Source: Telmatocola sphagniphila
GTDB taxonomy: Bacteria > Planctomycetota > Planctomycetia > Gemmatales > Gemmataceae
Assembly (NCBI RefSeq): GCF_018398935.1
Contig: NZ_CP074694.1
Coordinates: 720,001-752,000, forward strand
Direction of reading: 5' to 3'
DNA: 32,000 nucleotides
Shown here: in pieces, positions 1 through 8,638 of the stretch
Layout of the letters: the number at the start of each line of letters is the position of its first letter
Position numbering within the stretch: position 1 is the first letter of the stretch
The notes under the pieces: generated by a model
Told to the model about the DNA's origin: nothing
The model's input: the letters and a program-made list of their open reading frames with translations, nothing else
Databases searched by the model: none
Made by a program: the position numbers and the translations under genes

Positions 1-1154
1 TTGGGATGATTCTTTCCCGGAAATTCAAACATCGTGAAGACATGGTCGTCGATTGACCGGTCGTTGCGATTCTGATTTTTACCGAGTATGCCGAAGAAGG
101 AGTGGGTTCCCACGCCGGTGACTGCGAGGGGCTTCACCTTACCCAGGAAGATGCTGCAGGCGTCGAGCTGGTGACTACCCAACTCGGCCATCAGACCACC
201 GCCGGTGCGGTTGTACAAGCGCCAGCGAATCAACTCTTCGAAGCTCTTGTAATCGTATTTGCTGAAGGAATCCTTCAGGGCTTCGTAATCATCTTTTGTG
301 GGTGGGGGGAACCAGCCGTCGCGGAACTTCGGCAGGGTAATACCCGGGGGCGGATCCTTGGGGACATCGGCATCCCAGGTGAAGTTGCGGTGCCACAAAG
401 CCCGGATGTGCTTAACATCGCCCAGCGTCCCGGACTTGATGATGTCCAGGGCGTGAGCGTAGAGCATGCTGTAATGCCGCTGATGCCCGATTGACAGAAT
501 CTTACCGGTTTCCCGGGCCGTCTTGATCATGTCTTTGCAGGCCGTGATGGTTCGAGCCATCAGCTTTTCGCACAGGACGTGCTTGCCGCGTTTCATGCAC
601 TCGATGGCCACGGGAGCATGCAGGTGAAGAGGCAAAGCGATGACGACCGCTTCGATCTCCTTCTCTTTATCCAGCATTTCCTTGTAATCGTCGTACATGT
701 GCGAGGAAGCAATCTTGTCCGCCTGCTCCCGGCCGTACTTCAGCACGAAGCCTTTTCGCAAAGGAACTTTGGGATCACCTTCGATGATGCGCTTTTTATT
801 CGAAGGCCGGATATCGCAGCAGGCGATGAATTCGATGTAGGCCGGGTTGTGCTCGCCTAAAAGCACGCCGCCTTCGTCGCCGGCACCGATCAGAGCGGCT
901 TTCACCGGTTTACCTTCCATGGCTCCGTAACCGAAGTAGACGGCTGCGGAAACCGGCAGCACGGCCCCGGCGGCAAGCGTGGTCTTTAAAAAGCCACGTC
1001 GATTCAATTCGGCTTCATCGAATTTTTCCATGGGTTGCATACTCGGCTTAAGGTTTTGCTTGGCCAGTTCTTCAGTCAGCGAGGCATTGATCCCCTGACT
1101 GACGGCATAGAAATTCTTCTTGCCGTTATCTTTTTCATCGGGTTTTAAAATCAT
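1..1154 (-). CDS. Gfo/Idh/MocA family oxidoreductase with twin-arginine (Tat) signal; N-terminal ~384 codons only, C-terminus lies beyond the left window edge
   Basis: It is missing from the ORF track because it has no stop codon inside the window. My reverse-strand translation from ATG 1154..1152 gives MILKPDEKDNGKK...AELNRRGFLKTTLAAGAVLPVSAAVYF (RRxFLK Tat motif). This is followed by KAALIGAGDEGG (Rossmann GxGxxG) and EAVVIALPLHLHAPVAIECMKRGKHVLCEKLMA, typical of the Gfo/Idh/MocA N-domain. GGAG lies ~10 nt upstream of the ATG. In-frame alternative ATGs are at 1040 and 1031. Plus-strand ORFs 102..494 and 579..860 are antisense shadows. Confidence 0.8.
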   Translation of the reverse strand, partial: MILKPDEKDNGKKNFYAVSQGINASLTEELAKQNLKPSMQPMEKFDEAELNRRGFLKTTLAAGAVLPVSAAVYFGYGAMEGKPVKAALIGAGDEGGVLLGEHNPAYIEFIACCDIRPSNKKRIIEGDPKVPLRKGFVLKYGREQADKIASSHMYDDYKEMLDKEKEIEAVVIALPLHLHAPVAIECMKRGKHVLCEKLMARTITACKDMIKTARETGKILSIGHQRHYSMLYAHALDIIKSGTLGDVKHIRALWHRNFTWDADVPKDPPPGITLPKFRDGWFPPPTKDDYEALKDSFSKYDYKSFEELIRWRLYNRTGGGLMAELGSHQLDACSIFLGKVKPLAVTGVGTHSFFGILGKNQNRNDRSIDDHVFTMFEFPGKNHP

Positions 1155-1216
1155 GGAGAATGACTCCGGCTAAGTATCGGATCGGATATAGGAGCGGTTC
1201 AACCGCGAACGATAAA

Positions 1217-2536
1217 TTACAGCTGCTTCCAAAGCACGAACCAGAAAAAGGCACCCGCTCCCATCAGGAGAATGAGCACTTGAATCCAATTTTTGAATTT
1301 GGAAATGAAGGCATCCAAGCCCATCCACTTACCGCTGGGGGTGGAAGCGATCACCATCAGGGCCAGCATTTCAATGATGTTCTTGTTCACGAACAGATAG
1401 TTCCCTTCGCTCTTCGGCGAACTCGGCAACCAGGGGAACGGCGAATCGACCAGATAAGTGGATAACAGAAAAACGATGCCTCCGAGGCAGGCAATCCGGG
1501 TGAAGAAACCCGCCAGCAAGCCGAGGCCGATGCTGAACACCCCCCAGCGTGTGGCAAAATTCACCCAGTAAAGATTGTCCTTGCGGGGTTTATCCAGGTT
1601 GGCGGTAACCTGAGCATCCGCTCTCTTGCCGAGAACTTTGACTAGGTCGTCCTTCAATTCCTGGGTCTTCTCATCCAGGTCCTTGTTCAACTCACCCCGT
1701 AGTTTGATGATATCGCCACGGAGGGCCGTGATCGCGGGCCCTTTTCGGCCATCTGTTCCAATCGTTTCCAACTCCAGCTTAAAGGTGTCCTTCAAGGCAT
1801 CCAATTTTTTGTGATAATTTGTGATCGTATTCTTGGTGGGTTCCTCGACATCCGCTGTGCCGCCGCCCCCCGGACTGGCTTTCTTGGTGTCGCGAGTACC
1901 GTTGAGCCAGATGTAAAGGTTGGCTTTGGCCTCCTTCAATTTAGCATCAATCGCCTTGTTTTCCTCGTCCGTTGTCGAGTAGGCCGCTTTGAATTTGGCG
2001 ACGTAATCGGTCCAATCTTTTATCAGTCCGGCGGGCAGGGCGGCTTCGTTCGGTTCGGGAAGTTTGTCGAATAATTCTTGTGCTTTGTCGTTGGCGGCTT
2101 TTTTCAGTTCGGCTTCCTTGGCTTTATCGGAATCGCTGATTTTCCCGGCGGCCCGCTTGCTGGTGTAGTATTCGCTCCACTTGGTCAGAAAGTCGGGGCT
2201 CATCGGCTTGTCGTCTTCCACTTTCAACTTGGCAAGCAGTTTCTCGTCTGGATCACCAATGAATTTACGCAAGTGGGGAGCCAGCGGCCCTTCGGAGTTT
2301 TCGAAATAAGCGGCGGAGTTGAAAGGGCGGTTGCCGTCGATCGCACCCAGATGTTCGGAATGGATTTTGTGAAGGCCCTCGAACAAAAAGTGCCAGCCGA
2401 TGGCCAAACGCAAAAAAAGCATGAAGGTGACGGTGGTGGATCGCTGCATGATGCCAGCGATAATCGGGGCCAGAAAGAAAGCCCCCAGCCCCACATACAG
2501 GACCGGTAAGGGGAGCTTCTGGATTTGTTCCATCAT
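1217..2536 (-). CDS. DoxX-like integral membrane protein interrupted by a ~250-aa Lys/Glu/Asp-rich soluble insertion
   Basis: 439-aa ORF starting ATGATG. The N-terminus LFLRLAIGWHFLFEGLHKI matches the DoxX signature (hydrophobic-R-hydrophobic-x-G-x-x-F-x-x-x-G-x-x-K). The C-terminal third has further TM helices (FSIGLGLLAGFFTRIACLGGIVFLLSTYL, IIEMLALMVIASTP, VLILLMGAGAFFWFVLW). The middle is charged and coiled-coil-like (KAKEAELKKAANDKAQELFDKL...). Confidence 0.55.
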   Translation of the reverse strand: MMEQIQKLPLPVLYVGLGAFFLAPIIAGIMQRSTTVTFMLFLRLAIGWHFLFEGLHKIHSEHLGAIDGNRPFNSAAYFENSEGPLAPHLRKFIGDPDEKLLAKLKVEDDKPMSPDFLTKWSEYYTSKRAAGKISDSDKAKEAELKKAANDKAQELFDKLPEPNEAALPAGLIKDWTDYVAKFKAAYSTTDEENKAIDAKLKEAKANLYIWLNGTRDTKKASPGGGGTADVEEPTKNTITNYHKKLDALKDTFKLELETIGTDGRKGPAITALRGDIIKLRGELNKDLDEKTQELKDDLVKVLGKRADAQVTANLDKPRKDNLYWVNFATRWGVFSIGLGLLAGFFTRIACLGGIVFLLSTYLVDSPFPWLPSSPKSEGNYLFVNKNIIEMLALMVIASTPSGKWMGLDAFISKFKNWIQVLILLMGAGAFFWFVLWKQL

Positions 2537-2552
2537 GGGAAGGTTCTCTGAA

Positions 2553-3638
2553 TCATCCGGGTCGGAAAGTCGCCCACTGCGAGGGCAAATTAATCGAAAT
2601 CAATTCGGCGTGCGGGGAGTCGGGAAGGATCAATGCGGAGATTTCCGGGTGGGTTCGACCAAATTCTATCGATTCTTCCAGGCCCATCACAAAAAGTGCC
2701 GTGGAGAGAGCATCCGCATCCGCCGCGTTAGCCGCCATCACGCTAACTGAGGCTACCCCCTCCGCGGGCCAACCCTTACGCGGGTCCAGAATGTGCCCGA
2801 GCCTACTGCCATTATACTCGAAGTATTGAAATGTGGCCGCTGAAGTCCCCAGGGCCACATCCCGTAAAAACAGTGTACCAAGTATTCGCTCGGGATTCCA
2901 AGGATGTTTCACGGCAATCGGCCAACCCAACGGCTGTCCGGCCGGATAGCCCGTAGCAACAATACTACTCGACCCCCCGTGCAACAAGGCAGAGTTTACC
3001 CCCCAGTTCTGTCGCAGAAGGGCACTCGCTCGATCCAGCGCGTAACCTTTGCCGATTCCGCCGAAGTTCAGTTCCAGCCCAGGTTTACGGAATTTTACGC
3101 TCTGCTTTTCGGCGTCCAGAATCAGATGCCGAAATCCCGAATTGTGCATGGCTTGTATTCGATCCGCCGTCTCAGGAACTTTTCCCTCCCGGGCGAAAAA
3201 GCCCCAGCTTCGCGTCATCGCTCCGGTGGCCGGGTCAAAGCAGCCCTGGGTCTCCCGATGGAGTTTCTGGCAGCGGACCAGCAACTCGAAAAGATTCGGT
3301 GCGACCGGGATGAATTCCGAGGCCGCGCAGGCATTGAGTTTCGAAACTTCGCTGCTGTTCCGATAAACGGTCAACTGATCTTCCATTTCATCGATCAGAT
3401 CAAACGCGGCATCGGCGGCCTGCATCGAATTGGGCAATGAGTAGGGCAGAAATATTTCGAACAGCGTGGCCATGGCCTGCCGGCTGGCGCGAATCAGCGT
3501 CAACTCCGGCGGAAGTTCCTCCGACAGCCCGAAGGCCGAGAAGATATCCCCCAGTTCCGCAGCCCGGAAAAGGTTCCGTCGATGCATCGGTTTATAAATC
3601 TTCCCTAATAATAGACGGACAATTCGCCTCAGGCTCAC
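2553..3638 (-). CDS. apbE: FAD:protein FMN transferase (ApbE family); no obvious signal peptide
   Basis: ApbE hallmarks are read directly: YRNSSEVSKLN, FDPATGAMTRSWGFF, NFGGIGKGYALDRA, and SAATFQYFEYNGSRLGHILDPRKGWP. The start is uncertain: GTG at 3638 or the first ATG at 3587. Confidence 0.85.
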   Translation of the reverse strand: MSLRRIVRLLLGKIYKPMHRRNLFRAAELGDIFSAFGLSEELPPELTLIRASRQAMATLFEIFLPYSLPNSMQAADAAFDLIDEMEDQLTVYRNSSEVSKLNACAASEFIPVAPNLFELLVRCQKLHRETQGCFDPATGAMTRSWGFFAREGKVPETADRIQAMHNSGFRHLILDAEKQSVKFRKPGLELNFGGIGKGYALDRASALLRQNWGVNSALLHGGSSSIVATGYPAGQPLGWPIAVKHPWNPERILGTLFLRDVALGTSAATFQYFEYNGSRLGHILDPRKGWPAEGVASVSVMAANAADADALSTALFVMGLEESIEFGRTHPEISALILPDSPHAELISINLPSQWATFRPG

Positions 3639-3747
3639 CGAGGGTCGATAAATTCAACTTCCCAAAGCCCGTTGTTGTTCTATCCTTCCATACAAAAGAT
3701 AGTTACAACGAATTCGCTGAATTCCAAATTCGACAGGTCCGACTCCT

Positions 3748-4266
3748 ATGGCACGTGAAACGGTCCATAAAGGCCGAAAAATCGAAGTCCAGATCGATAC
3801 TCATACCGCTCCCAATGGTCAGCTCATCAAGCGCGATGTGATCCTGCATCCCGGGGCCGTTGTAATTCTACCCGTGATCGACCGGGAGCATGTCTGTCTT
3901 CTGAAGAACTTTCGATTTGTCGTGAACGAAACTTTATGGGAAGCCCCGGCCGGCACTCTGGAGCCGAAGGAAGAGTGGCAGCACGCCGCCGAAAGGGAAT
4001 TGCTCGAAGAGACCGGCTACAAGGCGACCCAGTGGACCTACCTGGGTTATCTCTTTGCCTCTCCGGGGGTTATGAACGAAAAGCTTCATCTGTATATCGC
4101 CGAGAATCTAACCCAGCACGAAGCTCAGCCGGAACCGGACGAACAGCTGGAACCGATTACGCTCACGATGGACGAAGCGTTGAAGATGTGCTTCGATGGT
4201 CGTATCAAGGACTCGAAAACTGTATCTATACTCCTGATGTGGGATCGCCTCCGAAATTCGCGATGA
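3748..4266 (+). CDS. NUDIX hydrolase, ADP-ribose pyrophosphatase-like
   Basis: The Nudix box GTLEPKEEWQHAAERELLEETGY fits GX5EX7REUXEEXGU. The length (172 aa) and the N-terminal beta region (GRKIEVQIDTHTAPNGQLIKRDVILHPGAVVILPV) are typical of ADPRases. Confidence 0.85.
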   Translation: MARETVHKGRKIEVQIDTHTAPNGQLIKRDVILHPGAVVILPVIDREHVCLLKNFRFVVNETLWEAPAGTLEPKEEWQHAAERELLEETGYKATQWTYLGYLFASPGVMNEKLHLYIAENLTQHEAQPEPDEQLEPITLTMDEALKMCFDGRIKDSKTVSILLMWDRLRNSR

Positions 4267-5474
4267 GCCAGGTTTCAAATACATCTTCGAAGTTCGAACG
4301 ACTCAATGGCAAATCGTCGCCGATAACGCCGAACCATGCCAACGGGCCATTATTGCCCACAATGCACATTGAACCCACCCGACGAAGCGATGTCGATGCC
4401 CGGCAGGTGGAACTATCGAAAATCCTCGTGCACGCGGGATGCGATTGGTGCCTGCTCTTCGATCCGGCGAACATCAGCTGGATCACCGCCGGGATGCAGT
4501 TTTACGAGTGGTATCCCGAATCGGAAAAACCGGTGATCTTCGTCAATCTGATGAATCGCTCGGTGATCTGCTCGACAATGGATACGCAGCCCCTGTTCGA
4601 TAACGATCTGGATGGGCTCGGTTTCGGCGTTAAGGAATATCCCTGGCATCTAGGTCGGGATCGCTATCTGGAACAGTTGACCATGAATCGCAAGGTGGCT
4701 TGCGATCGGCCGTTTAAAGCCTGTATCGATATTTCGGAAACGCTGGGGCAGGTGCGATCGACCCTCAGTGAGTTCGAGCAGACGCGGTATCGCGAACTCG
4801 GTCACATCCTCGCTCATGCCGTTGAAGCGACGGCTCGCAACATTCAACCGGGAGAATCCGAGATAGAAATTGCTGGCCAATTGGGGCATCGATTGGTCAA
4901 ACGGGGATTATTGCCGATTTCACTTTCGGTGATAGCCGATGATCGCTTGAAACAGCATTATCGGAGTCTCCCCACGAAAGCGACTGTAAATAATCGATGT
5001 CTAATTCATGCCACCGCTTCAGCGCATGGTCTGGTGGCGACGGCCAGTCGCACAGTCTGCTTCGGCAAGCCCGATGAAGAGTTGAAAGTCGTTTACGATC
5101 AGGTCTGCCGCTTGCAATCGATCCTTCGATCCCGCTGTAAACCGGGGGAACTGGTGAAGACGGTACTTCGCGTCGGCCAGGCGTTTTTGCTGAATACCGA
5201 ATACGAACATGAGTGGCGGAAGCACTCGTTCGGTTGTCGGATTGGTCGCAGCAGCATGGAAGGACGACTTTTGCATGCGGGCAGCGATGCGACGTTCCTG
5301 GAAGGACAACCGATAGCCTGGGAGACGACTTTGGGTTCGTATCGCATCGTGGAAACGATCATCCCTCAAAAGACCGGAGAAGAGTCGATCACTGGTCCGT
5401 TGGAATGGCCGATCCGCCGGGTGCGACTGTCGGACATGACCTTCAGCCTACCCGATTATCTCGTCGTTCCCTGA
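4263..5474 (+). CDS. Creatinase/M24 (pita-bread) fold protein with degenerate metal-ligand set
   Basis: The ORF track gives 3936..5474, but the first 109 codons overlap the NUDIX gene in another frame. ATG 4263 overlaps the NUDIX stop (ATGA). Creatinase_N-like region: LLFDPANISWITAG. M24-like C-domain: IQPGESEIEIAGQLGHRLVKRG ... AWETTLG ... YRIVETII. The canonical Asp/Asp/His positions appear to be replaced (see finding). Confidence 0.6.
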   Translation: MSQVSNTSSKFERLNGKSSPITPNHANGPLLPTMHIEPTRRSDVDARQVELSKILVHAGCDWCLLFDPANISWITAGMQFYEWYPESEKPVIFVNLMNRSVICSTMDTQPLFDNDLDGLGFGVKEYPWHLGRDRYLEQLTMNRKVACDRPFKACIDISETLGQVRSTLSEFEQTRYRELGHILAHAVEATARNIQPGESEIEIAGQLGHRLVKRGLLPISLSVIADDRLKQHYRSLPTKATVNNRCLIHATASAHGLVATASRTVCFGKPDEELKVVYDQVCRLQSILRSRCKPGELVKTVLRVGQAFLLNTEYEHEWRKHSFGCRIGRSSMEGRLLHAGSDATFLEGQPIAWETTLGSYRIVETIIPQKTGEESITGPLEWPIRRVRLSDMTFSLPDYLVVP

Positions 5475-5503
5475 AACAACTTTTTCGGATCCGGGCGTGA
5501 CCT

Positions 5504-6049
5504 ATGGAATCGCTGAGTCTCGCTCGCAAAATTTCTTTACTGGTGGAAGAGCGGGGCTGGAATCAGGAGGATTTCGCCCGCATTGCCCAGATCAATCGGC
5601 ATACCGCCCGTCAAATCCTGAAGGATCCCGAAGCGCGGGCGATTCGGAATGCGACCATCGCACAATGCGCGACCGCGTTGGGGTTGCGCGTCAACGAGTT
5701 GCGGGATCTGCCGCTCGAACGATTGTTGCCCCGTATGCATGGTCAGGTCCACGCGGATGAACAGGCCCTGAAGCAACTGCGGGAGCAAGCGACTCTGCCC
5801 GAACTGAAGGATTGGCTGAGCCATCACCCCGATCGAATGGAACGGCTTACCCGAGCCGAAGTGAAGGAACTCCTGGAGATGCAGGAGGTGGGCGGTTTGT
5901 TACAGCAGCAGGGGGTGGAAAATTGTATTCGCCGGATGGAACGCCGCCGCGAGATACTCGATAAGGTGGGGTTCATAGCCAAGGGGGAACAACTCGATTT
6001 ACTCGAGCAGATTGTGAATCTGCTCTACGAAAAAGCAATCGGGAAGTGA
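5504..6049 (+). CDS. XRE-type helix-turn-helix DNA-binding protein with helical C-terminal domain
   Basis: The N-terminus LSLARKISLLVEERGWNQEDFARIAQINRHTARQILK, together with IAQCATALGLRVNEL, fits the HTH_3/XRE pattern. ATG start, 181 aa. Confidence 0.6.
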   Translation: MESLSLARKISLLVEERGWNQEDFARIAQINRHTARQILKDPEARAIRNATIAQCATALGLRVNELRDLPLERLLPRMHGQVHADEQALKQLREQATLPELKDWLSHHPDRMERLTRAEVKELLEMQEVGGLLQQQGVENCIRRMERRREILDKVGFIAKGEQLDLLEQIVNLLYEKAIGK

Positions 6050-6063
6050 TAGTAGGAGTCAAA

Positions 6064-6101
6064 GGGGACTAACTTCCAAGAGGTCAGTCCCCCGGGTTTT
6101 T
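6064..6101 (+). terminator. Possible intrinsic terminator between convergent HTH and BlaR1-like genes
   Basis: GGGGACT (6064..6070) pairs with AGTCCCC (6086..6092), followed by CGGGTTTTT (T-run 6097..6101). The loop is long (15 nt), so this is a weak call. Confidence 0.35.
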
Positions 6102-6133
6102 CCAAATTTCCAGCGGCTATAGATCAAGCACGT

Positions 6134-8209
6134 TTACTTTGGCAGGAGCTCCAGAGCATTCAAAATACTCTTACAGCTCAGGTAATCGCCGACTCGGACC
6201 TTGGTGGTCGCTTCGCATTCGATGACATTTTTCTCGGAGCTGATCTTGGCCGATTCGGCAATATCATTCAGGAATTGCTTGGCCACCGACCGCATGTCTT
6301 CGGGGACCGTCGCATTCCCGCTTAGTTTTTCAACAAACGGTTTAGCCAATAGCGGAAGGCTTTTTAGCAGCGTGACGACATTTTTCGTCTGCTGTTCATC
6401 TGTCGCCTGAACCACTAAGTGTAAGGGGACACCTTCCCCCGGACTGGTTCCGAGGCACAATCGAATGCCGTTGAAAGGTTTCATTCGAGCATCAACGCCC
6501 GGCGTGAACATTTTCTCGAATTCATTTTTTTGATCATGAAGACCCAGCGCAATGCCCGCCTGTGCGAAATCGCTAAACTTGCCTTCAAAAGGGTTCACAG
6601 TCCCGAGTGAGTTCATGTAGTTTTTCAGCTTTTCGGGATCCTGACTGGACGGATAAAGGCTTACCAGGGTTCGATCATCCGGAAATAAAAATGTGTAAGT
6701 ATAGGTGATCTTGCCGGAATCGTTCTTCTCGACAAGCTGGTAAAGTTTCACGTCGTTGAAAGTACGCTCTTGCAATTCACTTTTCATTAATCGGGCCATG
6801 GATTTGAGTGCGGGCAACCAATCCACCTTGTTCTGCATACGAATAACGAAGTTGTTGTTTAACAAAGAATGGTGATGATCGTCTTCATTTGGAGCTTCAT
6901 AACTTTTAATGTTGAACTGAATGACGAGTTGTTCTACCCCGTTATCGAGAATCGATTTCGGGAATTCTAAACCCGCTCTTTTGAGCCCCTCCGCAAACAC
7001 GGCCATCACTCTTTTGGAGAATTCCTCGGCACCCGGTTCCTGCAACCAGATCGAAGGTCGCACCGCTATAAAGCCCAGCGCATCGGGCGCCAGATATTTC
7101 GTGATGAACGGGGACAATTCCGCTCCCCGCTTGTTCGATACCTTCGTATCGCGAGCCTGACTACCAATACTGGTTGAGAACAGGGCGGCCAGTATTAACA
7201 GGCCGATACTCAAAACTCGCCATTTCGATGAAACGGGTTGGACATTATTTCCTTTAAGCAACATTTCTATCCTCCTAACAAGTAAGCCGCCGGTAATGGC
7301 GGATATGGGACTGAATCGAAGGGACACCCCTTCGGTTTGGTGAAGGGCCAGGCCCGCCAGCGAACGGATATACCCTTCGCGGTTGGCCAAACACAGACTC
7401 GCTCGTTGATCGGCGGCCAATTCCTGCATCCAGCGCAGGCGCTGAGTTAAAAACTTCGAGAGCGGCTGGAGCACATTCAAAGTTTCGCAAATGTGGGCTA
7501 ATGTCAACGAAAGGAAGTCCTTATGCGCAATGTGAACGAGTTCATGAGTGAGGACTGCTGACAGTTCTTCTACAGTCCAGCTATTCCAGGTGGGGGCCAG
7601 ATAGATCATCGGTTTCCACCAGCCGACGGTCGCGGCCAAGCCGACTTCCGCGGAAGTTCGATAGCCAATTTCCGAGCTAATATTCAACTTCGCTTGAAGC
7701 CTGTGAGCTGTTGTCAACAACTCGGCGTCGAAAATTGGCTGGCTGTTGCGCTGCAACTTTCGGATGGAGCGGTAGGCGAGCAGGAGTTTGGTACCAGCTA
7801 TCAACCCGGCCCCGATGTAGAGGCAACACAAAGCCAGCCAGACCTTTTGCCAAGTCCGTGAAGGAGCAGGCAGGGGCGCATCGATTTGCAATTTTGATAG
7901 CAATGCCAAAAGATCTAAACCAGGACCGCTTTCTGTGCCTTTAGTGGATGACAAAGTGGCCGATGGCAGCGGCTGCTCTGGGGAGTTTACAGCCTTTTCA
8001 GCTATAGCAGTTTGCCATTGAACCAGATCGAACGGTTGCAACAGGGAGTAGCAGAAAAGGGCGATGAGAATCATGCTGGTGATGGTCAGGCAGCGTGCGG
8101 CCGCTCGGGGAGACCGCCTTCCCAGCAATTCCGCCAGAATCAGGGCAAGCACAGTAATCGCACCAATGCGAAAGAAGGCTGTAGCGATTTGAATTCCCAG
8201 TTCGCTCAT
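6134..8209 (-). CDS. BlaR1/MecR1-like M56 family membrane metalloprotease sensor with non-PBP extracytoplasmic C-terminal domain
   Basis: N-terminal TM helices are present. The zinc motif THELVHIAHKD (HExxH) is followed by MQELAADQRA (ExxAD), characteristic of peptidase M56. A further TM (VLSIGLLILAALF) is followed by a ~330-aa domain with no ordered SxxK/SxN/KTG triad. The start ATG overlaps the stop of the upstream BlaI-like gene (ATGA at 8206..8209). Confidence 0.85.
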   Translation of the reverse strand: MSELGIQIATAFFRIGAITVLALILAELLGRRSPRAAARCLTITSMILIALFCYSLLQPFDLVQWQTAIAEKAVNSPEQPLPSATLSSTKGTESGPGLDLLALLSKLQIDAPLPAPSRTWQKVWLALCCLYIGAGLIAGTKLLLAYRSIRKLQRNSQPIFDAELLTTAHRLQAKLNISSEIGYRTSAEVGLAATVGWWKPMIYLAPTWNSWTVEELSAVLTHELVHIAHKDFLSLTLAHICETLNVLQPLSKFLTQRLRWMQELAADQRASLCLANREGYIRSLAGLALHQTEGVSLRFSPISAITGGLLVRRIEMLLKGNNVQPVSSKWRVLSIGLLILAALFSTSIGSQARDTKVSNKRGAELSPFITKYLAPDALGFIAVRPSIWLQEPGAEEFSKRVMAVFAEGLKRAGLEFPKSILDNGVEQLVIQFNIKSYEAPNEDDHHHSLLNNNFVIRMQNKVDWLPALKSMARLMKSELQERTFNDVKLYQLVEKNDSGKITYTYTFLFPDDRTLVSLYPSSQDPEKLKNYMNSLGTVNPFEGKFSDFAQAGIALGLHDQKNEFEKMFTPGVDARMKPFNGIRLCLGTSPGEGVPLHLVVQATDEQQTKNVVTLLKSLPLLAKPFVEKLSGNATVPEDMRSVAKQFLNDIAESAKISSEKNVIECEATTKVRVGDYLSCKSILNALELLPK

Positions 8210-8589
8210 GATCCACCCTCCTTCAAAAGCGATTCCAGAAAAGCTCGTTCCTGGGGGGAGAGCTTTTTCTGGTCGATCAAACTTACCAATAACTTTTCTC
8301 GAGATCCTCGAAAAACGCGATCGATGACATCATTGAGCAACCGTTTAGACACGGTTTCATAGGGCTGGGACGCTTCGTAAACAAACGGGCGTTCATCGTT
8401 TTTTTGAATCAAAAAGCCTTTTTCATGCAGAATTCGAACCAGGGTCGCCACTGTGGTATAAGTTAAGTCTCGCTGCTTCTGCGAGAGTTGTTCGCGGGCA
8501 CTGGCCGCCGTCATCGCACCCTGTTCCCAGAAGATGTGCATCACTTCCAGTTCGCGTTCCGTTAATTCTTTCGCCGCCGGTCGCGACAT
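8206..8589 (-). CDS. BlaI/MecI/CopY family winged-helix transcriptional repressor
   Basis: MSRPAAKELTERELEVMHIFWEQGAMTAASAREQL...TYTTVATLVRILHEKGFL matches the BlaI family N-terminal wHTH. I chose the ATG at 8589 (codon 13 of the track ORF) because AAGGAAAGGAG lies 8 nt upstream. Confidence 0.85.
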   Translation of the reverse strand: MSRPAAKELTERELEVMHIFWEQGAMTAASAREQLSQKQRDLTYTTVATLVRILHEKGFLIQKNDERPFVYEASQPYETVSKRLLNDVIDRVFRGSREKLLVSLIDQKKLSPQERAFLESLLKEGGS

Positions 8590-8618
8590 AGTTCGAACTC
8601 CTTTCCTTGAGATCGAAG

Positions 8619-8634
8619 TAATCAAATTTGATTA
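8619..8634. promoter_or_regulatory. Perfect 16-bp palindrome TAATCAAATTTGATTA; candidate operator of the BlaI-like repressor
   Basis: Read directly: TAATCAAA|TTTGATTA. It lies 5 nt downstream of the candidate -10 element and ~30 nt upstream of the blaI-like start. That position, over the predicted transcription start, is typical for an autorepressor site. Confidence 0.4.
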
Positions 8635-8638
8635 ACCA

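Noticed and set aside
102-860. Plus-strand ORFs 102..494 (130 aa) and 579..860 (93 aa).
   Set aside because: They lie antisense to a clearly recognisable Gfo/Idh/MocA oxidoreductase reading frame that runs off the window. Their sequences have no recognisable motifs and show a typical shadow-ORF composition.
1217-2536. The DoxX-like insertion as the flavinylation client of the adjacent ApbE.
   Set aside because: I looked for the (S/T)GA(S/T) FMN-attachment motif and found only PGGGGTAD, which does not match.
3936-4262. The 5' extension of the 512-aa ORF (MGSPGRHSGAEGRVAARRRKG...).
   Set aside because: It overlaps the well-supported NUDIX gene in another frame and is Arg/Gly-rich out-of-frame sequence. 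The ATG at 4263 gives an ATGA-coupled start and a sensible creatinase-like N-terminus.
6134-8209. Calling the M56 protein a beta-lactam sensor (blaR1/mecR1) and the locus a beta-lactamase regulon.
   Set aside because: No beta-lactamase or PBP2a-type gene is nearby, and the sensor domain lacks an ordered SxxK/SxN/KTG triad. Only the protease/repressor architecture is shared.
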